Shown: positions 1 to 11,333, numbered from the stretch's first letter. The stretch: 64,000 bases of DNA from Schizochytrium sp. TIO01 (GCA_004764695.1 SMSO01000032.1:3752483-3816482); one strand, 5' to 3'. The notes: a model not told the origin generated them from the sequence alone. Made by a program: numbers and translations.

Positions 1-1391
1 TCACGAATTAATTTTGATCCGTGCCACATTCCCAACCAATGAAAAACGCCTCCTCCTGTAAATCGGTTTCGATTTTTCAGTGTTTGCCAAAGGCTTACAA
101 TCAGCACAACTTCATGAATTTTACTCGGAGAATGACAACTCCATCCAAACTTTCCTGTGTTGATGTTTTCCTGGCATTTTGGAATGAGAGGTTGCCATCC
201 GGCCCACCCACCAATGCAGCTCACGGTCCTTCCTAGAAACCAGGATATGAGGCAGTATGGTCGACTTCCGATTAAGACAGTGTCGTACAATGATGGATAA
301 ACTTTACATAAGTCACAATCATTGCCGAAGAAAGTTTGATAAAGCTTTCGTGCAACAATTCTTATTTGTTGACGTCCTTGGAGGTCTGTGTACGCAATCA
401 ACCCAGACATAAACGTGTGTATTATGAGAGTATCTAAGTCCTCCTCACTGTCAGGTAGGATTGCCCTGAAACCGGTTGCATTTTGAAACACAGATTGAAA
501 TTTTTCGATTTTTTCTTCAATTTCCTCGCGTTCAGCTCCCATAAGCTTTTTTGTTATATTGGGAAGGCTCTGCAAGAGTGTCTCTGGTGGCTCTTTGCTA
601 TAACCAAAATAAAGAGAGGACATCGTCAAATGCACTTTTCCATCGTTAGAGGTTCTGTATAAAGTAACGTCAGCATTGTCGTGTCGTAGCTGCTGGAAGA
701 TTTTGTCTATTTCAGGGTCATCTGATTGCAAGTTTTCCACTAGAACCTTTTCTAACAGCTCAGCGGCTGTCAAAATTTGGCCTTGAAACTGCTGTCCAAA
801 GCAATCCATCGGCACGGGCATTGACCCAATATCTTGCAAATACGCCGTAACGCATCCAATCAAGGTTTTGCCGGAGCCAGTGCCCAAATTCGCTTGAAGA
901 CCTGGCTGAGTTGCCGCAAGCGGGAAAAGAGCAACCTTTGTTAGCTGCTCATCAGTGACACATCCATCGGAAGGCGTCTTGCCAGTCTGAATCTTCACCT
1001 CTCCACTGCTCAGTGCTGAGAAGACTTCTTTCTGTCCTGATCGGAATAAGTTTGAATTGCATTTTTCACGAACATAATCAGCAATGAGGCAGTGTATGCG
1101 ATCTTTGATTAATTCGCGAGATTCAATGTCTCTATGTATACGTTCGAAGAAATTCCCTTGCGGATCTTGCATTGCCTCCAAGTCCTGCACACTCAAAAGG
1201 ACTGTACCAACGTTCTCAGCGATACGTTCTGAGCTCATAGCATAAATTGGGACGGGATTGAGACTTTGCGACATTGTTCCAATTGTTGAATTGAGCCTAT
1301 TCCTTGGTTTATTTCTTGAAATTTGATGCCAGCGAGTTGTGGGTTTGCTTGCGACTTTGTTAAAGCATGTGAATTCGGTTGCAATAGACTC
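1..1391 (-). CDS. Atypical SF2 (DExH, Res/HsdR-like) helicase/ATPase, paralog A; 3'-partial, runs off the left edge of the window
   Basis: Hand translation: the minus frame has no stop from 1391 to position 3 (first ATG at 1274). It is absent from the ORF track because there is no stop inside the window. It contains a Q-motif-like FRSGQKEV, Walker A GTGSGKT (884-864) and ends ...KLIR+GA at the edge, matching MLIRDEAH of paralog B. Multi-block similarity to 3453-7471. A probable further N-terminal segment lies in another frame (1482-1363). Confidence 0.85.
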
Positions 1392-1566
1392 TCACTTGTT
1401 GAAGAAAAGGCTTTGATTTGAGGGACACTGTGACAGTTGTAAACGTTGACTTGTTCTGGGTAGGTTTATCTGATAAACGCCTCTAACCTCGCATTAAATT
1501 AAAGCATGGGAGAATTGTATCTGACGAGCCGCTTATCACATGTTGAAGTTGTACGCAGTGCCAATG

Positions 1567-1609
<43 letters not shown>
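1567..1609. repeat. Compound (AT)n(AG)n microsatellite between the divergent helicase genes
   Basis: Direct reading. Confidence 0.95.
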
Positions 1610-3452
1610 TGTGAATACCTATGCAGAAAGATAAACTTTTCTCAAATTTAGGATAATTACTAATGGACCTTTAAAACGTATGAATAAAAGCACTTGATTT
1701 CCCGTGTTCCTCCTTCTTTCTCCTTGTTGTCCAAAAGAGAGCCAAATCCTGACCAAACTAATTTATTATTATCATTTTTTTACTTTTCAAGTAAATTTAA
1801 ATTTAAAAAAAGAAAAAGTTTTAATCTTTAAAATCGCCGCTTGTTTCCTCTGGCTAAACTTACTCTTGGTCCTCACTCGGCAAAACATGATTACACGAAT
1901 CGAGTCAAACCAAGTCAAAACTTTTTAAAGGCAGAACAGATAGCTCCGCCACAATATTCACTTAGACATCTGGAACGGCAATACGTGAAAACCAGAGAAG
2001 TTTTTTACTGAGCTGAGGGTCAGAATCACAATCTTTGATGTGCGTTGATGTGTGACGCTCCTGCAATTCAGTTCCGCAGTCGACCGTAAATTCAAGGTTT
2101 GCGCTGGCCACGAAGTTTTCCGAGGTGGATCTTGCTCCTGGCATTCATTCACGTCAATTGCTGGTTAAAGAGATAAATTTAAGAAACCCCTGCAGCTAAT
2201 TTGCGCGGGCCTGTGTTTTTGAAGAAAGATCGAAGTAGATCAAACTTGAAAGCAAAGATCTCCAAGACGTCTCTATTATAAGGTTCGTCTTCGGCGCCAA
2301 TACAATTTAGTGTCTACGCCTTCGTTAGCATTGCTTTGGTTGTATTCTCAGGAAAGTTGGAACTACATGGCGAGAGAGCTAATTGGAGTCCGTTTTTCCC
2401 AGGTGATACTGCCTTCAACATCCACGTGTCTGGCGCTTCTACCAAGTCTTCATAGCCAGAGAAGCCGCGATCAATTTCCACTCTTTGACCTGGATAGAAT
2501 AAGAGATCAAGCCCTCGTGAACGTCAAGAGCTGGAGTGGCGGTCAAGTCCAAGAAGTTAGGAATTGAAAGCAGCCTGAAGCATACGCATTCAGGAGAACT
2601 GATTTGGGTGCAGTCTGCATTGGCGGTCGGCCGAGGAATGGCTTAATTTGAGCTGCTCAGACGTCTCTAAAGTAGGCAAAGCCTGGTCTCTCCCTGTAGA
2701 TGTGGTGTGCCTGTCCACGTTTTCATCGATTCGCTCTCTAGGTCCGCAAATCGCCAATTCTAAACGCCCGAGCTTACAGAGGCAGGAGTCTCCTCGAGGG
2801 TTTCAACAATCTTGGCTTCATCTTGAAGCGGCGCAGCACTTTGTCCGTCTAAGACCCATGCACAGCTAGCTCTACAGCCGTGACAAAGCGTGACGGCTGC
2901 GTCTAAAACAAAATATCGTTCCAAGCTCACGTGTATCGTTTTATCCATATTTATTATTAGGATTTATAAAACTAACAGACAAAATCTCACTTTGCGAGCC
3001 AAATAAAGCCTGCTGGAGCAGAGGCGCCTCTGGCTGGACCCATCTCTCTCCCTTCTGCTGGCACTCGTTTCTCCCATCCTTTAGGACTGCCAAGGCATGT
3101 GACTACGTCTAGCAGGTGCGATCTTTCAGGTACGATTAGAGATCCCTCGGTTCAGTTCTTCCAAGCCCCATCCACGTTTTCGTTTTGCTCTCAATCTTCA
3201 AATACTCTTTTTTTAAAATTAAATTTGTACATAGCATAAAATAAGAAACAACATAAAATCCCACTCTGAGGAAAAAGGCGCCTACGGCCCTTTCTGTGGT
3301 ACAGGGAGCCTCCCCTTTGCTTCTACACCTGCACATATCATATCGATAATGTTGTGAGCAACCCCTTTTCATATTAAACGCATACTACACTTACACAGAA
3401 AGAGGTCAGCAATTCCTTTACTGCTGCTTCGAGTGGGTAAACGACGAAAATT

Positions 3453-6400
3453 TTGCCAGTCAAAAGAGCGAGATTGAATTCATATTGCAAGAGGCGGGAA
3501 GCCTTAAATAAGCAGCATACCAGCTTCTTGAAGATGCCGCATAATGCAGGTGCGACCGCGGGAGTGAGTCTTGCCAAGTTGAAGGTTCATACGTCTCAAG
3601 ATCTCCAAAATGTATCTCATGTTAGTATCACTAACAACGAAGTTTACACAGAGGCTCTTAAGAATTGTAGATCAATAATTCGGCATGAGGAAATACACGA
3701 TATGATGAATAATACAAGCAAACAGTTTAAAGTTAATCATTCATCCGGAGTGGGTCTGGATCCTGCCGTGTTTTGTACAAACGAGACATTCATAAACCTG
3801 AAAGAATTTTTATGGGAACATTTCGATGAGCACGTTTTCCCTTCATTAAGAGAATGTCAACAAGAGTGCCTTCGTGCTTTGAGGTCCGGAGTAATCTTAC
3901 ACGAGGTAGGTGAAAATGGCGGCAACAAGACATATAAGAATCGTGACTACGGTCCACTTATGGTCACGCAACCGGGCGCACAACATAAAGCTGGACCAGG
4001 TCAGGGGAAAACGATATCCGCCTTTCTTGCGGCACTCCTTCCATTAAGCTCGATCCCAGTAGAGGGTTCTGAATATGGCTACAAGGCTGGAACTCTCGGT
4101 ACATTTATGAAAGGGGTTCTCACCAGACAGAGCATCTCGAAGAATCCTGGCGTTGAACATGTTCTGAATTGCATTCGTCACAATAACAGGAAGGTTCTGA
4201 TATACACAACTAAGGATGGCCAAACTAGGTTGATGGAATCTTCCGTCTTATTTGGATACGGCTCTGAACCAGCAGACAATTTCTGCAGTTTACTTCCTGA
4301 TGTATGGAAACTGTTCAAAGTTTATACAAACGGAGAAACCAGAATATTCACGCAGAGAAACCTATTGATAGAAAATTTAAAGCGATATGTACCCTATTTG
4401 CAAGGAAGACCAAAAAGGTATTGCAGTTCCCACGCCAACTAAACCAAAGAGACAAACACAAATTTGTTTTGGAAACTTTGTTGAGTGGATCGATAGCATA
4501 TCGGGAAAATGACTGTCAGTCTGTACACATTGAACATCTCGGATATGACCTGATCAAGGCTATATTCAAGAAAGAATTTCAAATCTGTAAAATGTGGACA
4601 TCGCTTTGTGAGCCTGTCCTTATTGGACGGCGTTTGTATATGCCACTTATGTGGATTCTAGCTCGAACGGTTGTATGGAGCGGTGGAGTGAATACATGGA
4701 GGGTAATGGCACCAATCGAACAATATGATAATTTTGACTGCAGTATTGAAGCAGAAATCCAAAATTGTGTTTTACTTATTGGATGTTGGGGAACAATGCG
4801 GAGCCAAAGCAAAGGTTCCAAAAAAAAGAATAAAACTGAGAATGGGAAGAATCTCCCTAATTGGATTCAGCATGCAAACTTTGGTATGCTCATCCGCGAT
4901 GAAGCTCATGTGGCATCTGACGAAACCACCAAGACCGAAATATTTCTGAAAGAACATGTTGAGATACAAATACCAGCTGCAATTCATTTCAGCAGTACTC
5001 TTGATATTAACAAAACAAAGATGCATTCCGCTCGTAGCACCTCGTCTGCACGCAAACCAAACGGTTTCCCGATCTCTGACTCGGTCAAAAATAGCAATAA
5101 TCAGCCTGCAACTACTTCTTTGCCACATTTTATTATGTACGACCCCAAAAAGCTAGATATATACGCGAATAGACAAGTACAACATAGAGTCTATGAAGCA
5201 GCTGCGGTGTTCCGACAGGTATTAAGTATTTTTTATTTAATAATTGAGGAAAATATGCGTCTTGCAGGCTATAGAATAGGTAAGAAGAAGTATTCGAATC
5301 TTACGAAGCGCGAAAGGAAGTACCATTTCAGCCTCTGTCGGTCTTTTCCACTTGTTGGACTTTGCTCATTCGCAACATCTCAAGATCTCAACAACTTCAA
5401 GGAACAATATATCGTTCACACAAAAAAGTCTTCTTATAACGAGAAGGACTCCTTTTTGGACGCCTGGATACACCATGCATGCAATCGTGACGGCAGAGGG
5501 TTTTTCTCAGGGTACTTTCATTCTAAATCAAGAAAGTATAGAGTTTTCAAAAAGAACCGCCCCTTGTTGATTCAAAAGATAGTCCCAATAATTTCGACTG
5601 CAGATACAACTGAAATTTACGACTTAAAATCAGGATGTTTCAAAAAGATTCCAGCAACTGATGTACATCTCCTGCTAAACGAAGGTAAGGCCAACTTTCT
5701 GATGGTCCTTCATAAACACCTCCAATGCCTCAATGTACCTCATATGCAGTATGCCATTATACTGAGATCTGAAGGTACCTCAAAACAAACATTTCTACAA
5801 GCTCAAGGACGTATATCACGCAACCCAATAGACCAAGCAGCTATAAGAAGTGCTGCTCTACGAGGGTGCTCCATAGTTGCAAAATCATCTTCCGACAAGA
5901 TCAAACCTCCTTCAGAAAGAATTAAAAGGGACATCGAGCGAGTTTGTAGAGGCACTGGAAATGAACAACGTATGCACACAAAGTTCTTTGTACAGCCAGA
6001 CACAAATTCGCATATCATTCTTGCTGCCCAGGCACTTTTTGAGAATGGATTCAGTATGAACCAAATCCAAGACGACCTAGCAAACACGTTTGAGTGTTGC
6101 TCTAAATGTGGAAAGCCCTTGAAACTTTGTCATGTCGATTCGCTGGGCTATTCAACCCCTCTTCTATGCAAAGCTGATGATCCATGCTTAGACATATGTC
6201 TGCCTAGCATAACAGATTGTTATCCCGCAGCCACTGATTTGATAGGATCTGTTTCCCATGTGGACTGCCTTCCAGTGCACAACAGTGCTTTGCAAGGTTG
6301 TTCTTCATCCAACGGGCCCGTAATAAAAGTTGAGAGCCATGCTGATTCTGAACCAGGAGGACCGCGATCTATTCATGCACCTCCCCGTCAGGCTGTTAGG

Positions 6401-7471
6401 GGTAATATCTCGGGAGCTTCAGTGCATCCATTGAAGGCGGAACACAAACACCGAAAAAGTAACTCCCATCACAGCATCTCCCCCAACAAGCGCAAGCACA
6501 TAAGGGAAAGACACGCCAAATTAAGTTTGTCTTGTCAAACAACAAGTGGCATTCCGGCACGCAATTGTAAAATTATTCAAAAGCCAACTGTGCATGCTAA
6601 TACTCGGCTATCTGAGGCGAACCAACAAGTAACAAGCTGTTCCCGTCAAACAAAAAATCGTAATTTAAAAATGAGTCCTCGATTATCAACGCATCTAGGC
6701 AGTGCTCGAACCCTCAATAAAGCTGATTCGCCATGCATATTGGGCCGTTGCTATATATGCAATAAGGACTGTGTTCCAGTTTCTAGGGAATCCCTCGACT
6801 TGGAGGAAGATCGTTTCAAACTTAACTATAAGCTTTTCAAGGATAAGACAGGCAAAATCGTTGCTGAAGAGAAGCTAGAGAGTGGTCGACTAGTCGGTTA
6901 CAAAGTCCATGAAATGCACCATTCCAAAAAAGGTTCCTCCTTGGTTGTACCGGTGGAAACTTCGAAATCGCAATACCCCAAAGACCTACGCTGCTATTTT
7001 TGCGCGGAAAGCGAACCTTTGTCTGAAATTCTTCTGGAAGAGATTGTAAGATGCAATGAGGAAATAGAACTGAAGTGCCCAATGGGCTTTAAGTGTGCCA
7101 ATTGCTTAAAGGAACTTCGTGTTGGTATATATCTCCATGGTGAATTTGTCAAATTGCCCGGTAATGGAGCAGATTTGGAGACAACTGCTTTGGTGCCATC
7201 ATGCTATTCACGTGGCACATGTGCCAGCGGTTCGAAGAAAAGAAGTTACCGCCAGATGTCTGGGTCGAACGATTCCTTTTCCATTTCAAAAGGGGAAATT
7301 TTTAATAATTACATTCGAGAAGGTCGAGATCCGCAGAATAAATATTGTTTGTTGCTATTGAGGCCATTTCATAAAAACGAAATATGTATGGCTTGTGATC
7401 AATCAAACCGTACACGTATCTTTGTTTCAGATGCAGACAGCAGTCGAAAACGATTAAAAAATATACTATAA
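3453..7471 (+). CDS. Atypical SF2 DEAH helicase/ATPase with Cys-rich (CxxC) C-terminal region, paralog B; split into two overlapping ORFs (3453-4442 and 4304-7471) by a -1 frame change
   Basis: ORF1 has Q motif LRECQQEC and Walker A GPGQGKT (3993-4013). ORF2 has Walker B LIRDEAH (DEAH 4898-4909), motif III-like HFSST, and motif V/VI LNVPHMQYAIILRSEGTSKQTFLQAQGRISR (QxxGRxxR at 5798-5821), then CSKC, CYIC, CYFC, CANC and CMAC. Paralog A is continuous across the equivalent junction, so the two ORFs are one gene. True start is uncertain (first ATG 3534). Confidence 0.85.
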
Positions 7472-7499
7472 TGGATCAGTAGTTGTATGCGTGTCAAAC

Positions 7500-8543
7500 T
7501 TAGCTTTTTGAATTTTGATGAACAGGGTAGAATTCGGGTTTAATCTTGACAGTCTTGGTGTGATACACGCGTTGAAATCGAGAAACTTTCTGCTGCACTT
7601 TCCGACCTGGTCGAGAAGGCTTGGTACCTGCGAAAATACGTAATGCTGTCGATTTGCTAGCCTGCTTTGGTTGCGCCTCCGCCTTTGAAATTACTTCCGC
7701 AATTGCTCTTTCTAAATCATCCGCTGAAGGAGTCAAATTTTGTGATGCATGGGGCGGAAGTGCGTACAGCAATGCTCTTGCTTGCTCATAGTGCTGCAAA
7801 GCTTTCTCCATGTGTCGGGTATGCTCCATCTGTGCAGCGAAACTGAAGTGAGCTGCGATTAATAAGGCAGGAACTTGATACGACGCGTCAATATTTTGTA
7901 CCAAGCTCGGTCGTCTTGAAGTCTCATCTGCAAGGGCCCGAGTAGGAACCTCCTCATTCTGAGCAAGGTTTCTTGCAGCTTGTAATGCTTTCAGCGCATG
8001 ATGTGCAGCACGATTGTGTTGGTGCATTTCGGAAAGGATTGCACATAAGTTCAAGTGGGTGCCGATTGGTTTACGTCGCAATTTGAGCTCTGCGTGCAAA
8101 CCTCTTTGGGCTATAGTTAGTGAGCAGTGGAGCTGTCGCTGGTGTCTATGTACACAACTTGAGTTTGCACAAACGATGCTCTGTAGCTCCCAAAATACGG
8201 TTTTTGGAAAAGTAGATGATGCTGCCATGAGCAAGTTTTCCACGCGCATGATGAGCCTTAGTGCGTTGGTGAGATTTTCAGGTGACGGAGTTTCAAGCAT
8301 ACGTACAACATATGCGTTTCCCGCCAGCAGAAGATCTCGTCGCTGTCTCACTTGATCTTCAGGTGAAAGAATAGGCAGAAGCAGGGTGAGTTGAGTGAAC
8401 TTTTGTGCGAAGGCTTGTTCGTATTGATTTGCACTTTCGAGACGCAGTACGTCCGCCTGTAAGTCTTCCAGCGTTGATGCAGAAACCATTGTTGTAGAAG
8501 CACACACAAGATCTCGCGTGTCTTCTTCCGTGGTGGACTCCAT
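7500..8543 (-). CDS. TPR-like helical repeat protein
   Basis: Long ORF (first ATG 8543; the track extends it to a TTG at 8657). TPR-like segments: THLNLCAILSEMHQHNRAAHHALKAL and AAHFSFAAQMEHTRHMEKALQHYEQA. Confidence 0.7.
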   Translation of the reverse strand: MESTTEEDTRDLVCASTTMVSASTLEDLQADVLRLESANQYEQAFAQKFTQLTLLLPILSPEDQVRQRRDLLLAGNAYVVRMLETPSPENLTNALRLIMRVENLLMAASSTFPKTVFWELQSIVCANSSCVHRHQRQLHCSLTIAQRGLHAELKLRRKPIGTHLNLCAILSEMHQHNRAAHHALKALQAARNLAQNEEVPTRALADETSRRPSLVQNIDASYQVPALLIAAHFSFAAQMEHTRHMEKALQHYEQARALLYALPPHASQNLTPSADDLERAIAEVISKAEAQPKQASKSTALRIFAGTKPSRPGRKVQQKVSRFQRVYHTKTVKIKPEFYPVHQNSKS

Positions 8544-10021
8544 TTCTATATCGCTGCCTGCGCCTACTGGATAAAGCAAGTGCCCTTCTGCGAGCGGCAG
8601 CGTTGGTGGTCCTTTTGCCACAGCGGAAAGGTGACAGACCTCCCCGCCTCTAGGCAAGCCTCCGGGCCGTTCTTGGAGCCTTTGAGCGGTTTGCTGAGTA
8701 CATGCTAGCTATAGCGCTTCATTTCCTACGCATATAAAATTGAATGTGCTGTTAGGACTTGCAGGATCAAACCGTGAACGGATCTTTTTTAGATTCGTGA
8801 AAAAAAAAAAAGAGTAAAAAAGAATATCCCTGCCTAATTTCATGTAGCAATTAGCTACACAAATTAACTGAATTCGTCACAAGAAGAAAAAAACCAGAGT
8901 CACATGCACGCAGGCTGTTAAAGACAGTTGAGAAGAGTCCATAGGGTTCTGTGCCTCAGGTCGCTCTCGTTCGTAGGTCATCGACTGCTACCATGTAAAT
9001 AGTTCTTCCAATCTGGTACTTGGTTGTTCAAAACTCAGGTGTCCTTTAGCCTGTTGTGCGCTAAAGTAAGTGAATTGCATGAGTCATTTACTCATGTTTC
9101 CTTATATATAGCGATTATCAATTCTTGGAGATGCATTTGCTAGCTATTTGAATTCATAGGTTTGAGATTTCATTTCCTCTTGTTTGAGTTATTTCCATAG
9201 TTTAGTTCGCAAGGTTTTGATACGAGTTCAGATGTTCCTTTATTAATAAACTCGATTTGTCATTGGTGCGCTAGGAACGCATAGACTCACTTTCATCTTT
9301 AGCTGACGCACTAAATTGTAGCTACAAATTTTATAAATGTTCGAAGCCCGTGGATGGAAAAGTTTTTTTGGCTGTCACACAGAGCCTCTTAGGCCTCAAA
9401 GAAACATTTTGCGAACCTAGCTCAATGGTTTAGTATCCTGAAGAAAACCTTATGAATTGATGTACTTTATGGCTTATGTATTACAAACAAACCTCGCATC
9501 TTGCGACAATGTATAGTCAGATTTCTCAGAATCTTGACTACTGCCCTACTTTGTTATATTCCGGCGCACATTCCATTCTGTGAATGTGAGCTGAGAACTG
9601 GAAATTCGTCCGCTGAGTAGACGCAAGAGGAGTATTGCATCCTCCTGCCTGGATCCAGGGAATATGCTAGTCCAAATGAAAGGAGCTGTAAAAAGACCAA
9701 AAAGGGTGACGGATTGCAGAGACTACGCTATCATATAGTTAGTATAATGACATTGTGCGAAACACAATAAATTGTTTATTTGGCAAATTTAAAGAATTAA
9801 TCAGAGGTACATGTTAGAAAATGTCGAAGAATTATAATTGTACAAAAGTCTGCGGGTCTCATGCAGTAGATGGAACTGAATTTGTGCAAGTTGGTGTTTA
9901 TAGCACACTGATAATTGTCGATCTTAACTGCATGCAAGTGAAATACATATATATATGTCGTAAACAGGTCCACAACAAAGAAGACAAGGCATGAGTTTCT
10001 ACATCTGAACATCTGAAAATT

Positions 10022-10915
10022 CTATTTGAGATTCGGCGATGAGAAATCCTGATTGGCTGCTGCTGCGTTGCTCTCGACTGGTGTCTCTATTATTGTGTTG
10101 AAGTCCGCTTTGGTACAAACATCACAGGCCACAACAGCATGACCATTGCGATCAAATTTATGAAGACAGCAGCCAGGAGAGCATTCCATAGTCGACCAAA
10201 TGAATGTGCAGCCACCGTGAAAAGGTGTAACTTCATGGCGACCACGCAATGTGGAGGTGGGGACTCGTTGGCGAGCGTAAAGCACAATCTGTAGCTCTAC
10301 AAAAATGAGAACTAATAAGATAGTCATAACTAAGATCAGAGGAGGCCTCTTGATGCCAAATCCATTGTTGCCCTCATAGGTGCTGCTTGCTCTGCGCGTG
10401 CGCACGATAGGGGTTCCACAAACCGGCGCCGTCTCAATGAGCCTTTGGCTAAGAGAGGAGTGGAGGTCTAACCGTGACAAAATGCGTACCGAATTGCCTT
10501 CACTGCTGTTGCTAGTAATGCTTGAGGAGGACGCCGGAACTACTCCACTACTAACGGTGTGCGGTTGCTCCCAGAGTTTCGGCTCCTCCGTGAATGCAGA
10601 AGAAGGAGACAGAATTGATGATGCCAAGCCAGAAGTCGCAGCCGCACAAATAGGAGAACTATCCAAGGATTTCATGGACGGGTGCGATGATGCTGATGGC
10701 AACTTTGATGGCATCCAAGATGATGATTTTATGCTACCAGAAGCAACATTATTACTTTTGGTATTGCTGTTGCCACCACCTAGGTTGGGGTCTTGGGCAT
10801 CGAGTCCAGAGACAGTACAAGCTGAGGCGCAGCGAAGGAGCGGAGCTGACGCGGAAGACGCGTCGGTGTGTTGCCAGCTATCGAGGCTAGCTGCAGAAGG
10901 CCTTCCTGCCGGCAT
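10022..10915 (-). CDS. Hypothetical single-pass membrane protein: Ser-rich N-terminus, one TM helix, small Cys-rich C-terminal module
   Basis: 297-aa ATG ORF; hydrophobic LILVMTILLVLIFVELQIVLY; GCTFIWSTMECSPGCC...CDVC. Confidence 0.65.
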   Translation of the reverse strand: MPAGRPSAASLDSWQHTDASSASAPLLRCASACTVSGLDAQDPNLGGGNSNTKSNNVASGSIKSSSWMPSKLPSASSHPSMKSLDSSPICAAATSGLASSILSPSSAFTEEPKLWEQPHTVSSGVVPASSSSITSNSSEGNSVRILSRLDLHSSLSQRLIETAPVCGTPIVRTRRASSTYEGNNGFGIKRPPLILVMTILLVLIFVELQIVLYARQRVPTSTLRGRHEVTPFHGGCTFIWSTMECSPGCCLHKFDRNGHAVVACDVCTKADFNTIIETPVESNAAAANQDFSSPNLK

Positions 10916-11333
10916 CTCGTGCAGACAATTTATTTTTATGTTGTGAGTGAACCAGGGACAGAAACTTTAAGCAGGCGCCCGGGTAACAAAGCGAGGTGGT
11001 GCTTTCTTCAGTAAACTCTAGCGACTAAAAACTAAACAGAACAAGTGAAACTCAAATGGCGAGACACCAAAACTTGAAGACGGCGCCAGTCCAAGCCATC
11101 CACGGGAGCCACGCAAAGCCGCAGGATGGGACGTTCTCCGCGAGTCGCCGTTCCAGGCTCTCGCAATCGACCAACAACCGATCGCCGACCGATCGTTGAT
11201 CGATTGGCGGTCACGCTGCCGGCGATTCGGGTTTTGGATTGGATGGGCAATGCCATTATTGCGATCTCATCGCGTGAAAGCGAAGAAAGTAACAATTTTT
11301 CTCCATCAGTTAGTTAACAATCCATTCCCTTTT

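Noticed and set aside
9411-9445. tRNA A-box-like TAGCTCAATGG
   Set aside because: No downstream B box, T-arm or acceptor stem.
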